This document shows, in pieces, positions 14,668 to 24,902 of a stretch of 64,000 nucleotides of DNA. A program made the translations under genes and the position numbers. Below the pieces are notes generated by a model. It saw only the letters and a program-made list of their open reading frames with translations, was not told the DNA's origin and did no database searches. Source of the DNA: Methylococcales symbiont of Hymedesmia sp. n. MRB-2018 (lineage in GTDB: Bacteria; Pseudomonadota; Gammaproteobacteria; Methylococcales; Methylomonadaceae). Each line of letters begins with the position of its first letter. Positions within the stretch are counted from its first letter, which is position 1. Where the stretch lies: assembly GCA_003666385.1 (NCBI GenBank), contig QPIN01000058.1:1488-65487 (forward strand), given 5' to 3'.

Positions 14668-15161
14668 TGATTTATCATTCGAGGGTCAGGGTTGGCAGAT
14701 ACTGTGTCCGTTTGTTTTTGTCGATAGTCGTTAAGCACGACACGATATTCAGGGTGTTTGTTGCTTACTATTGAAACCGCCAATAATGCTGCATTGATTG
14801 CTCCTGCACGACCTATGGCTAATGTACCAACTGGGATGCCGGCTGGCATTTGTACGATAGATAATAAGGAGTCCATTCCATTAAGTGCTTTTGATTGTAC
14901 AGGGACACCTAATACCGGAAGCACTGTTTTAGCGGCGGTCATGCCTGGTAAGTGGGCCGCTCCACCTGCTCCTGCAATGATAACTTCAAGCCCTTTTGTT
15001 TCAGCTGTTTCGGCATATTGAAATAATTTGTCAGGCGTTCTGTGGGCAGAAATGACTTTTACTTCATGTGGAATGTTGAGTTGTTTAAGTGTGTCAGCGG
15101 CATGTATCATAGTATCCCAATCAGATGTTGAGCCCATGATAATGCCAATCAATGCTGTCAT
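14664..15161 (-). CDS. purE: 5-(carboxyamino)imidazole ribonucleotide mutase
   Basis: 165-aa ORF with [11 protein letters not shown] and [10 protein letters not shown] motifs. Confidence 0.95.
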   Translation of the reverse strand: MTALIGIIMGSTSDWDTMIHAADTLKQLNIPHEVKVISAHRTPDKLFQYAETAETKGLEVIIAGAGGAAHLPGMTAAKTVLPVLGVPVQSKALNGMDSLLSIVQMPAGIPVGTLAIGRAGAINAALLAVSIVSNKHPEYRVVLNDYRQKQTDTVSANPDPRMINQ

Positions 15162-15300
15162 GTATTTCCCCTAAAATTGATTTTAACCATTGGAAACTAG
15201 CGCTTATCAATATGTCTTTAAATTTAAAGGGGCGATTATCTCATAAACTGAGATAGATATAGTCAGGAAAAGTGACTGTCATTTCAAAGAAAAATGGAAT

Positions 15301-15473
15301 GTAACTACTCAGCTTACCCTCTATTTTGTCCAATAGCCGCGTTGAAAGTGCGCATTTACACCTCTGTAAACTCCGCGCTTTCGCCTTGTTCTTGAACGCC
15401 TTGATCTTGAACGCCTTGATCTTGAACAGAACAGAGGGCAATCTAAGCGTTATGGAGTACGCTGAGTAGTTAC
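15301..15473 (+). mobile_element. MITE-like element, family 1, copy 1 (173 bp, three internal 15-nt units)
   Basis: The ends gtaactactcagcttaccctct ... agagggcaatctaagc..gctgagtagttac form terminal inverted repeats. The shared core is ccaatagccgcgttgaaagtgcgcatttacacct..gtaaactccgcgctttcgcc. The tandem unit cttgaacgccttgat occurs 3 times here and 2 times or fewer in the other copies. Confidence 0.8.
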
Positions 15474-15743
15474 CAATGGAATAAAGATTGTTATTAACGG
15501 GAACAGGGATAAAACTAGACAGAAAGATGTTTGTTATTTGCTGTCTGGCTGGATTAAGATATGTTTAGAATGGGATTTCAAATCGCACACCACCAGTAAA
15601 ATTGTGATTGCCGACATCCCGTTCTTCTTGTTAAACCCCCTCATAGACGAGCATAAACGGTTTTATCTCAACCTCAATTGAGCCACCATTTCAATCTAGG
15701 TGAAATAAAAATTCTGTACAAACAGGACGCTATAAATTATCTT

Positions 15744-15884
15744 GAGACCTCAGCATAACTCTGGCGATGAGAAAAAAGTGATAGAATTTTTCAGGTTTTA
15801 GTCAAAATACAAGTGTAATAGTGAGCTATTGTGCGTTATTTTGACTGACCTTTTTTATCCGTTTATGAGTTATGCTGAGTTCTC
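15744..15884. mobile_element. MITE-like element, family 2, full copy (141 bp)
   Basis: It has TIRs of about 35 nt: gagacctcagcataactctggcgatgagaaaaaag (15744-15778) and cttttttatccgtttatgagttatgctgagttctc (15850-15884). The right tip overlaps the stop codon (15883-15885) of the USP gene. Confidence 0.75.
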
Positions 15885-16752
15885 ATCTTAATAACAGAAG
15901 CGGTTTATTGGCATTAACCAGCATTTTATGGGTAAAGCTGCCTAGCAACATATCATGAATACGGATATGGCTAAAAGCACCCATTATAGTTAAATCAATA
16001 TCATACTGTTGCTGATAGGCACAGAGTTCCTGAACGACGTTACCCTTTAATTGTGATGAAGTTAAATCGAGACCATCAACTGGTTTAAGTGTGTTAACGG
16101 CTTGTTCTAATAATTTTGATGCTGTTTTTTCATCGTTGTTAACACAGACTAGATGGCAACTCATATTTCTGAAAAGAGGGCTGGCAGCTATCATTTTAAT
16201 GACTTTATTAGCGACTTTACTACCATCATAGGCAATCATAAAGCGTTTAGGCGTTTTAAAAGCACTATTGATGACCAAAATAGGGAGGTGCAGAGAACGA
16301 ATGATAGATTCTAATTTTGCCCCTATCTGATGCGGCTGATCCGCATGAACATGCCCTCTTAATCCCAGAACCAGCACTCGAATATCTTCTTCCAGTGTAA
16401 TCAGTGATTCTATTAAATCACCATGTCGCTGTGTACAAATTGGTGCATTGATGCCGCTTTGTTGTATGCGTTGTTTGGCAGCTTCGAGCATTAGCTTTCC
16501 TTGCTGTAGCTTGAGTTTGCTTTGTTGTTGTTCAAGCAGGGTAATTTCTTCTTGTAAATGCGCTTGACTGCCTAAACCAATGTTGCCTGATAAATCTGAA
16601 GTCATTGATGACTCCTGATGATGATTTATAGTGTGTAGTAGTTGTACAGATGCGAGTGTTTTATTTGAAACCCAAGCGGCATAGTCACAGACTGATTCTG
16701 TGAGAATAGAGCCATCAATGCAGGCAACGACTTTTTTTGTCATAGTGTTCAT
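15883..16752 (-). CDS. Tandem-domain universal stress protein (UspA family)
   Basis: 289-aa ORF with two USP-like halves (KKVVACIDGS..., RFMIAYDGS...LTIMGAFSH). It overlaps the upstream SulP gene by 1 nt, and this pairing is common. Confidence 0.8.
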   Translation of the reverse strand: MNTMTKKVVACIDGSILTESVCDYAAWVSNKTLASVQLLHTINHHQESSMTSDLSGNIGLGSQAHLQEEITLLEQQQSKLKLQQGKLMLEAAKQRIQQSGINAPICTQRHGDLIESLITLEEDIRVLVLGLRGHVHADQPHQIGAKLESIIRSLHLPILVINSAFKTPKRFMIAYDGSKVANKVIKMIAASPLFRNMSCHLVCVNNDEKTASKLLEQAVNTLKPVDGLDLTSSQLKGNVVQELCAYQQQYDIDLTIMGAFSHIRIHDMLLGSFTHKMLVNANKPLLLLR

Positions 16753-18245
16753 TAGTGCCCTCCCATTACTTTTTCAATTTCTTCAGGATCATCATGTATT
16801 CCAAACCGGTCAATAATAGTAGAACTGGCTTGGTTTAAGCCGATTAGTCTAACTTCTGCACCTTCTCTACGAAATTTTATAACGACTTTATCCAGAGCGG
16901 AAACAGCGGATATATCCCAAAAGTGGGCGTGTGTTAAATCAATAATAATATTGTCGATGACCTCTTTAAAATCAAATTCAGCCACAAACCGATCTGCAGA
17001 ATTGAAGAAAACCTGACCATGAACATCATAAATTCGGGTTTCTGTGGCGTTATTTAATGCAGAGCTAACATACATAAAGTGGCTGATTTTATTAGCAAAG
17101 AACAATGATGCCAGTAGTACGCCGACAAATACACCTAATGCTAAATTATGAGTCCATACAACAACAACAACGGTCACAGCCATAATAATATTAGCGGACA
17201 AAGGATGTTGTTTTAAATTGATAATAGATTCCCAGCTAAAAGTACCAATAGAGACCATAATCATGACCGCAACTAATGCAGCCATAGGGATTTGTTTAAT
17301 CCATTCATCTAAAAACACCACCATAATCAATAAAAAACAGCCCGCTACCATCGTTGATAAACGACCTCGTCCGCCTGATTTAACATTGATGATTGATTGT
17401 CCAATCATTGCACAGCCAGCCATGCCACCCAATAATCCTGCGCCAATATTTGCAATACCCTGACCTTTACATTCTCTGTTTTTATCGCTACTAGTATCTG
17501 TTAAGTCATCAACAATGGTAGCAGTCATTAATGATTCTAATAGTCCAACAACGGCTAAAGGAACTGAATAGGGTAAAATAATCAGTAATGTTTCTAGCGT
17601 TAATGGCACTTCAGGCCAAAGAAAAATAGGTAAGGTGTCTGGTAATTCTCCCATATCACCGACGCTTCGAATGTCTAGTTTTAGATACATAGACACGCCT
17701 GTTAAGGCAATGATACAAATCAGCGGGGAGGGTAATATTTTTCCTATGAATGGAATGTAAGGGAACAAATAAATAAAACCTAAACCTGCTGCGGTCATAG
17801 CATAAACATGCCATGTTACATTGGTGAGTTCAGGGAGTTGAGCCATAAAAATCAATATTGCCAAGGCATTAACAAAACCCGTGACAACAGAACGAGAGAT
17901 GAAGCTCATAAGGCTACCTAATTTTAAATAGCCAGAAACAATTTGTAATACACCCGTCAATAGAGTGGCTGCTAATAAATACGGTAAGCCATGGTCTTTA
18001 ACCAAGGTTACCATTAACAAGGCCATAGCACCTGTTGCGGCAGAGATCATGCCAGGTCGGCCGCCAATGAGAGAGGTAATAAAGGCAATACAAAAAGAGG
18101 CGTATAAGCCAACTTTGGGGTCTACACCAGCAATAATAGAGAAGGCAATAGCTTCAGGAATGAGGGCTAGAGCAACAACAGTTCCAGCAAGTACATCACC
18201 TCGGACGTTACCTAGCCAGTCTTGTTTTTTGGATAATAACAGCAT
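16752..18245 (-). CDS. SulP-family inorganic anion transporter with a C-terminal STAS domain
   Basis: 497-aa polytopic ORF with the [25 protein letters not shown] motif and a STAS-like tail ([15 protein letters not shown]...). Confidence 0.9.
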   Translation of the reverse strand: MLLLSKKQDWLGNVRGDVLAGTVVALALIPEAIAFSIIAGVDPKVGLYASFCIAFITSLIGGRPGMISAATGAMALLMVTLVKDHGLPYLLAATLLTGVLQIVSGYLKLGSLMSFISRSVVTGFVNALAILIFMAQLPELTNVTWHVYAMTAAGLGFIYLFPYIPFIGKILPSPLICIIALTGVSMYLKLDIRSVGDMGELPDTLPIFLWPEVPLTLETLLIILPYSVPLAVVGLLESLMTATIVDDLTDTSSDKNRECKGQGIANIGAGLLGGMAGCAMIGQSIINVKSGGRGRLSTMVAGCFLLIMVVFLDEWIKQIPMAALVAVMIMVSIGTFSWESIINLKQHPLSANIIMAVTVVVVVWTHNLALGVFVGVLLASLFFANKISHFMYVSSALNNATETRIYDVHGQVFFNSADRFVAEFDFKEVIDNIIIDLTHAHFWDISAVSALDKVVIKFRREGAEVRLIGLNQASSTIIDRFGIHDDPEEIEKVMGGH

Positions 18246-18591
18246 GTTTTTTATTTAAGTAGTTTAGTATAGATTAGGTTGCCGTATAATACTGTATTAT
18301 TATATATATTTCAAATACTTACTTATTGTTTCTGTTTAGGCGAAAGTAATGATTATCACCTTAATAGTTGTTCCTATATGGAGATGAACAACATTTATAT
18401 TTGATAGCGATATTCTAAAGCAAAATCTACTTTATAAACTACGAACCCTGTATATTGCTTAAATGGACATTTTACAAATGCGTTTTCATTTGTTTGAACC
18501 CTTGAAAAAAGTTTTAATGAATTCAGACATTCATTTTTTCAAGTACCTTGTATAAAATATAGCAGACTTTATAATCGAACAAATATACACA

Positions 18592-19620
18592 ATGGATAAA
18601 TTAACGCTGACTCAACCTGATGACTGGCATTTACATGTAAGAAATGGTTCGGTTCTTAAAACAGTCATTGCCCATACTGCTAATCAGTTTGCCCGAGCAA
18701 TTATTATGCCCAATTTAAAACCTCCGATTACCAAAGTTAATGAGGCCTTAAATTACCGTTCAGAAATTCTTCAAGCACTTCCAGTGGGGACAAGTTTTAA
18801 TCCTTTGATGACTTTATATTTAACAGCCAAGACAACTGTTAATGAGGTAAAGAAAGTAGCCAACTCAGAATATGTTCATGCTTTCAAACTATATCCAGCT
18901 GGAGCCACTACTAATTCAGATGCTGGTGTTAATGAACTTAAATCTATCTATCCTATACTGGAAGCAATGCAACAAGTGGATGTTCCGTTATTGATTCATG
19001 GCGAAGTCAGCGATAATGCATGTGATATTTTTGATCGTGAAAAAGTATTTATAGAATCCAGCCTAGCTAATATTGTTAAAACATTTCCCAAACTACGCAT
19101 TGTGGTTGAACATGTTACAACAAAAGAAGCTGTAGATTTTGTGCTTTCAGCGTCAGATAAAGTGGCTGCCACCATTACACCTCAACATCTAATGTTTAAC
19201 CGCAATGCAATTCTTGCTGGTGGAATCCGCCCCCATCATTACTGTTTACCGATTATAAAACGCGAACACCATCGCTTAGCACTAATTAAAGCGGCTATCA
19301 GTGGAAATCCCAAATTTTTTCTAGGGACAGACAGTGCTCCGCATTTAACCAGCGCCAAAGAAAACAGTTGCGGTTGTGCGGGGTGTTATAGTGCTTATGC
19401 TGCACTAGAACTTTATGCTGAAGTCTTTGAAAAAGAAAATGCTTTAGATAAGCTGGAAGGCTTTGCCAGCTTTTTTGGTGCCGATTTTTATCAATTGCCT
19501 AGAAACAAAAAAACAGTGACTTTGCAAAGACAAGCATGGACTGTTCCTGCTAGTTACCCTATTGATAATGAAACCATTACCCCTTTAAAGGCCAATGAAA
19601 ATTTATCTTGGAAGTTATAG
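18592..19620 (+). CDS. pyrC: Dihydroorotase (class II, PyrC type)
   Basis: 342-aa ORF. The N-terminal PDDWHLHVRNG matches the E. coli PyrC metal-binding motif. Confidence 0.93.
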   Translation: MDKLTLTQPDDWHLHVRNGSVLKTVIAHTANQFARAIIMPNLKPPITKVNEALNYRSEILQALPVGTSFNPLMTLYLTAKTTVNEVKKVANSEYVHAFKLYPAGATTNSDAGVNELKSIYPILEAMQQVDVPLLIHGEVSDNACDIFDREKVFIESSLANIVKTFPKLRIVVEHVTTKEAVDFVLSASDKVAATITPQHLMFNRNAILAGGIRPHHYCLPIIKREHHRLALIKAAISGNPKFFLGTDSAPHLTSAKENSCGCAGCYSAYAALELYAEVFEKENALDKLEGFASFFGADFYQLPRNKKTVTLQRQAWTVPASYPIDNETITPLKANENLSWKL

Positions 19621-19659
19621 ACTAAAATGAGGAAACCTATCAAGCTTAGAAGACATTAT

Positions 19660-19819
19660 GTAACGGGAGTCAGCTTGCCCTCTATTTTGTTCCAATAGCC
19701 GCGTTGAAAGTGCGCATTTACACCTGTAAACTCCGCGCTTTCGCCTTGATCTTGAACGCCTTGATCTTGAACAGAACAGGGGGCAATCTAAGCAGTTACG
19801 GAGTACGCCGAGTAGTTAC
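19660..19819 (+). mobile_element. MITE-like element, family 1, copy 2 (160 bp)
   Basis: It has the same core and ends as 15301-15473, with two 15-nt units. It starts 40 nt after the pyrC stop. Confidence 0.8.
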
Positions 19820-20064
19820 AATTAAATTAAGGTAACTTCTCAATAAGCAGAATATGATTGCTGAAATGCCTTTTATATTAGAGACTCTAAAATAATGACT
19901 GAAGTCATTATTCTGCTTGATTTAGCGGCATAATAGGGTGACAAACGGTCATAAACGCCTTGAAATCCATCTAATACCATTTTCATAACCTTACACAAAT
20001 AGAGTGATGTCTTGTACAATATCGGCAGTTTTATCATTAACTATTAGAAATAGAGAAAATCACA

Positions 20065-21111
20065 TTGAGCCAACAAAATCAAGAAGGTTTAGATTACAAA
20101 AGTGCTGGCGTTGATATAGAGGCGGGTAATAATCTGGTTGAGCGTATTAAACCTATTGCTGCCAGGACTCGACGGCCTGGTGTAATGGCTGGTTTAGGTG
20201 GTTTTGGTGCATTATTTGAATTACCATTAGATAGCTATAAAAACCCCATAATGGTTTCAGCAACCGATGGGGTGGGGACTAAATTAAAACTCGCTGTTGA
20301 ACTGGGTATTCATAATACTATTGGTATAGACCTAGTTGCCATGTGTGCTAATGACATTATCGTTTTAGGCGCAGAAGCTCTGTTTTTTCTTGATTATTAT
20401 GCAACAGGAAAACTAGAAGTTGATATTGCTGCATCGGTTGTAGAAGGAATTGGAAAAGGCTGTGAATTAGCAGGTGCTGCTTTAGTCGGTGGAGAAACTG
20501 CGGAAATGCCAGGCATGTATTCAGAAGGAGATTATGATCTTGCTGGATTTTGTGTGGGTATTGTAGAGAAAGAGCAGATTATAGATGGCAGTCAAGTTAA
20601 AGTGGGCGATAAATTGATTGGTATCGCTTCATCAGGGCCACATGCTAACGGCTATTCATTGATACGCAAGGTAATAGAAAAAGATCAATCCTCCTTGTCA
20701 GAATTGATCAATGAAATGCCATTAGGTAAAGCATTACTTGAACCGACAAAAATCTACGTTAAACCCTTACTGGAACTGTTAAAAACAGTCCCAGTACATG
20801 CTATGGCTCATATAACGGGGGGCGGTTTAACAGAAAATTTACCCAGAGTCTTGGCTGAAGGTCTTAATGCAAAAATTGACTTATCCAGCTGGCAGTTCCC
20901 TGAAATCTTTAAATGGCTACAGGCACGCGGTAATATTTCTCAAGCCGATATGTTAACCACGTTTAATTGTGGAATAGGTATGATTGTTTGTGTAGATGCT
21001 AATGATGAAGCTGAAACAAAAAAGACATTAACGGCACAGGGCGAAACTGTTTTTTCTGTTGGAAAAATCATCAGTACTCCTGGCACAGCAAAAGTAGTTT
21101 ATAAGTCTTAG
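20065..21111 (+). CDS. purM: Phosphoribosylformylglycinamidine cyclo-ligase (AIR synthetase)
   Basis: 348-aa ORF with a TTG start and motifs [19 protein letters not shown] and DGVGTKL. Confidence 0.94.
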   Translation: MSQQNQEGLDYKSAGVDIEAGNNLVERIKPIAARTRRPGVMAGLGGFGALFELPLDSYKNPIMVSATDGVGTKLKLAVELGIHNTIGIDLVAMCANDIIVLGAEALFFLDYYATGKLEVDIAASVVEGIGKGCELAGAALVGGETAEMPGMYSEGDYDLAGFCVGIVEKEQIIDGSQVKVGDKLIGIASSGPHANGYSLIRKVIEKDQSSLSELINEMPLGKALLEPTKIYVKPLLELLKTVPVHAMAHITGGGLTENLPRVLAEGLNAKIDLSSWQFPEIFKWLQARGNISQADMLTTFNCGIGMIVCVDANDEAETKKTLTAQGETVFSVGKIISTPGTAKVVYKS

Positions 21112-21170
21112 CCCTTAGAACCTGTTCAAAATATACTCCACCACTTATGCTTGGGCGGCACTCAAAATCC

Positions 21171-21534
21171 TCATTTACTTGGTGTAAACTCTAGTTTCTG
21201 TACTCCATCCGCACACAACTGGCAGCGGTCAATAACATGGCAGAATGCCGTCATGTCCACAGGCATGAATTTTTCCTTGATGGTGTGATTTATAAGAGAA
21301 CTCGTTTTTTCATCAATATACAAGGCATTCATATCAGCACGCAAAGCTATTTTTTTAGTGCTATCTCCTGAATATAAACTGGCAACAGCCCCCCGTTATT
21401 CCAAGACTTTGATGGTTTTCAAGACCAAAGCTTATCAATTTTTCAACAATCAATGCGGCTGTTTGGGTTTGTTCAAATGCTGTTTCTGTATATTGATGAA
21501 ATGTTTATCGCCATAAACACATTTCATCATACAT
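21171..21534 (-). pseudogene. Decayed N-terminal fragment of an M20D amidohydrolase (hippurate-hydrolase / N-acyl-amino-acid amidohydrolase type)
   Basis: The minus strand reads ...TETAFEQTQTAALIVEKLISFGLENHQSLGITG. In a second frame it reads GAVASLYSGDSTKKIALRADMNALYIDE, and in a third frame IHACGHDG. These are conserved M20D blocks split by at least 2 frameshifts and stops. No intact ORF is present. Confidence 0.6.
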
Positions 21535-21631
21535 AAATTCAATTTCTTTAATAATAGATATAAATAGTTTATATATTAATAACTTAGTTATTATCCCTAA
21601 TAAAAAATAAAGAAAACACAAATAAATACTT

Positions 21632-21646
21632 GTTCTCTTTCTGTTC
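21632..21646 (+). promoter_or_regulatory. GTTC-N7-GTTC direct repeat; candidate LexA operator overlapping a possible promoter (-10 TATAGT at 21651-21656)
   Basis: GTTCtctttctGTTC lies about 40 nt upstream of the lexA ATG. No CTGT-N8-ACAG box is visible in 21540-21683. Confidence 0.35.
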
Positions 21647-21683
21647 TTGATATAGTATTAACAAAAACGGATGGAGAACAGAC

Positions 21684-22322
21684 ATGAATAATATCTATCA
21701 TTTAACCAGAAAACAGCAACAGCTTTTAGATTTTATTATAGAGAATCAAGACCGGTTTCCACAGCCACCCACATTAGATGAATTATGCTTTGCCATGGGT
21801 CTGAAATCCAGAGGCTCATTACATAAACATATCCAAGAACTCATTAATGCGGGCTATATAGAAGCACTTAATCGAAAGCAGCGAGGGGTTCGTCTAACGG
21901 CACAATACCTAGAACAAAATGTATCTTTAGCTGAACCTGAACAACAAGGGACACCCTTTGTTGGTGCCATAGCCGCTGGTACACCCATTGAAGCTTTAGA
22001 AAACATTTGTTACATGAATGTGCCTGACGAAATCAAAACAGATAAGCCTTGCTATATTCTTCAAGTTAAAGGTGATTCTATGATTGATGACGGTATATTT
22101 GAGGGTGACTGGGTTATTATTGAGCAACAAAGTCACGCTAGAAATGGACAAATCGTCGTTGCTTTAATTGATAAAACAGATGCAACTTTAAAATATATTG
22201 AACAATATCCGCATGAAACCGTTTTAGTTCCTGCCAATAAAAACATGAGTCCTATGCGATTTCATCCTCAACAAGTTGAAATACAAGGTGTATTAGTAGG
22301 CCAAATGAGAAGTTATAAATAA
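21684..22322 (+). CDS. lexA: LexA repressor (S24 peptidase)
   Basis: 212-aa ORF with an N-terminal winged-helix domain (LTRKQQQLLDFI...PPTLDELCFAMGLKS...), an Ala-Gly cleavage site (AIAAGTPIEA), the catalytic Ser in KGDSM and a Lys in ATLKY. Confidence 0.9.
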   Translation: MNNIYHLTRKQQQLLDFIIENQDRFPQPPTLDELCFAMGLKSRGSLHKHIQELINAGYIEALNRKQRGVRLTAQYLEQNVSLAEPEQQGTPFVGAIAAGTPIEALENICYMNVPDEIKTDKPCYILQVKGDSMIDDGIFEGDWVIIEQQSHARNGQIVVALIDKTDATLKYIEQYPHETVLVPANKNMSPMRFHPQQVEIQGVLVGQMRSYK

Positions 22323-22352
22323 TGTAATTATTCAATAAATCGAGGAATTATC

Positions 22353-22505
22353 ATGATCACACCTATCCATATGCAAGACCAAATCAACAACAGAATTGAA
22401 GAGTTAATGAATGAAAAACCCCATTACGATTGGGATGAGATTTTTCAAAATGCCACCACATTCTCCTTGCTTGTTATCTTTATGACGCTAGGATTGATTT
22501 GGTAA
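22353..22505 (+). CDS. 50-aa small protein with a C-terminal transmembrane helix (unannotated, below the ORF-track size cutoff)
   Basis: The ATG is preceded by cgaGGAattatc and lies 31 nt after the lexA stop. The translation is MITPIHMQDQINNRIEELMNEKPHYDWDEIFQNATTFSLLVIFMTLGLIW. Confidence 0.4.
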   Translation: MITPIHMQDQINNRIEELMNEKPHYDWDEIFQNATTFSLLVIFMTLGLIW

Positions 22506-22535
22506 ATTATTTTATTAAGCCTATTAGGTGAAAAA

Positions 22536-22808
22536 ATGTATTTAAAACTGATAAGAAATGACCAGCAACTAAACGAAGCCTTTGAAAGAATCAAGCTACT
22601 TTGGAATACTAAATGCGATACAGCAGAAAGTGATGAATTAGATGTTTTATCCTTACTCATTGAAAAATACGAGGAAGAACATTTTACAATATCAGCTTCA
22701 GAGGCCGTTGAAGCAATAAAATTTTTAATGGAAAAAAATAATTTACGACAAAAAGACCTGACACCTTTTATTGATGATTTAGAAAATCTCTCTGCCATTG
22801 TTCACTAA
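22536..22808 (+). CDS. HigA-like antitoxin / COG5499-type regulator, apparently C-terminally truncated (most of the HTH is missing)
   Basis: The 90-aa translation ...NEAFERIKLLWNTKCDTAESDELDVLSLLIEKYEEEHFTISASEAVEAIKFLMEKNNLRQKDLTPFI... matches the N-terminal and linker pattern of HigA-family antitoxins. It then diverges and stops. No HigB-like toxin ORF is adjacent. Confidence 0.5.
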   Translation: MYLKLIRNDQQLNEAFERIKLLWNTKCDTAESDELDVLSLLIEKYEEEHFTISASEAVEAIKFLMEKNNLRQKDLTPFIDDLENLSAIVH

Positions 22809-22949
22809 GTGCCTAGGCACTTAAAATATTTCCAGTGGACTCTACCCATGTTGGTAAACAATTCATAGCTATCTATTAAATTGGATAAACCAGAGGAAAA
22901 GCTGAAAATTATTATTCCCACACATAAAGTATGGGAATAATAAGTAAAA

Positions 22950-23678
22950 TTATAAAATATCTAAAACCAGAAATAGAATGACGGTTAATCCGATGCCGCA
23001 GTGAATAACACCTTTTACACTCGCATAAGGTGCTAAAAAACCACCTTCAGGAATCTGTTTATTTAAAACTTTTATTGCCAGACATTTTTTCACTAGATCT
23101 AAATGCTTAATAGCGGGGTATGCACCGTTGTATTGTAGAACGACAATAATTAAAACAGCCACTAAAAATGCAAAAAAACTAAAGCTATGGGGATAATGAG
23201 ACGATGCTCCCATAAAAAACAACATGGGAATTGAAAATAAAGTATTGGTTCTTGATGCTAAACCAGCAGTGGCAAGAGCACCAGCCGCTTCGGGTATCGC
23301 TTTACCACCACCAGCTACCCGAGTAGCGGAAGCAATCACAATTTGTTGGCTAGGCCAGATGATTAACCAGACATTCAAAAACATAAATATACCGAGTAAT
23401 GCACCTACATAAATATCCACGGACATACTACCACCGCGAAGAGCAAAAATTCCAAGACCTGTTACTAAGGTAAACATAGCTCCCCAGCGGAACCACCATA
23501 AAGCACGAGGTACTAATTTTTGTATAGCATCTGATTTTGATGCCCCATCAGCTTCTTTAAAATACTCTGTCTGCACAAAATTAAAATAGTACAGCAAACC
23601 AATCCAAGCAACACCTGCCATGAAATGCCCCCACCTCAGTAGCATTTCAAACCCCAACGACGTTGTAAATAAATCCAT
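22950..23678 (-). CDS. Polytopic membrane protein resembling the membrane domain of the urate hydroxylase PuuD / COG3748 family (no cytochrome c domain)
   Basis: 242-aa ORF. The N-terminal motif RWGHFMAGVAWIGLLYYFNFVQ is recalled from PuuD-family proteins. The assignment is from memory only. Confidence 0.45.
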   Translation of the reverse strand: MDLFTTSLGFEMLLRWGHFMAGVAWIGLLYYFNFVQTEYFKEADGASKSDAIQKLVPRALWWFRWGAMFTLVTGLGIFALRGGSMSVDIYVGALLGIFMFLNVWLIIWPSQQIVIASATRVAGGGKAIPEAAGALATAGLASRTNTLFSIPMLFFMGASSHYPHSFSFFAFLVAVLIIVVLQYNGAYPAIKHLDLVKKCLAIKVLNKQIPEGGFLAPYASVKGVIHCGIGLTVILFLVLDIL

Positions 23679-23728
23679 AGCAACCCTCTTTGTTATAATT
23701 ATTGTTGAACCGCATTAAACCGCATTAT

Positions 23729-23998
23729 CTATATTGCAGTCAAGAAATATACCCACAGAAATAGTGTGTCTGTCAAATATTTTTTTAGGGTATCATCTCT
23801 TATTGCTGTTTTTAGAATGGATAGATCGCCGTTTATAGCCCTGTCCAATATTAAATGGTCTCTGTTTTTCCATTTTGAAACGGTCTTTTCATTTATTGCA
23901 AAGCGTTTAGATAGAGCTGCATTAGTGAGACTAGATTGTTGTATAATTTCTCTTGAATGCAGATTAGTTTTTGCATTCGTGTGATAGCCTTGGGACAT
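23729..23998 (-). pseudogene. IS481-family transposase N-terminal (HTH) remnant
   Basis: MSQGYHTNAKTNLHSREIIQQSSLTNAALSKRFAINEKTVSKWKNRD matches the typical IS481 N-terminus. The remainder is unrelated, and no DDE domain follows. Confidence 0.6.
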
Positions 23999-24114
23999 AT
24001 TAATTCCTTTGTAGTGAAAGTTTAATATCCTGAATTCAAGTTATAAGTGCATATCCCATCATTTTTTAACATCTACGCCTGTCAGCTCTTTAAAAGCCTC
24101 ATAGGGTATTTGAT

Positions 24115-24861
<747 letters not shown>

Positions 24862-24902
24862 TTACTGCTGAAAACGCAAGATTTTAACATAGAAGCCAGT
24901 GT

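Noticed and set aside
15381-15430. Tandem 15-nt repeats (cttgaacgccttgat), considered as a possible CRISPR array or minisatellite
   Set aside because: There are no spacers, the units are only 15 nt, and the array is embedded in a dispersed MITE-like element. It is not a CRISPR array.
15241-15441. 66-aa ORF with KAFKIKAFK repeats
   Set aside because: It lies entirely within MITE family 1 copy 1. The peptide 'repeat' is the translation of the 15-nt tandem unit, and the ORF is absent from the other copies.
15560-15700. Minus-strand fragment reading ...IEVEIKPFMLVYEGV / ERDVGNHNFTGGVRFEIPF*, resembling the C-terminal beta-strand (terminal Phe) of an outer-membrane beta-barrel protein
   Set aside because: It spans only about 40 codons and contains a frameshift. 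That is too short for a family assignment by eye, so I left it out of the feature list.
22445-22798. 117-aa minus-strand ORF
   Set aside because: It is antisense to the HigA-like ORF and has a Ser/Phe-rich low-complexity translation. The plus-strand reading has a recognisable family pattern.
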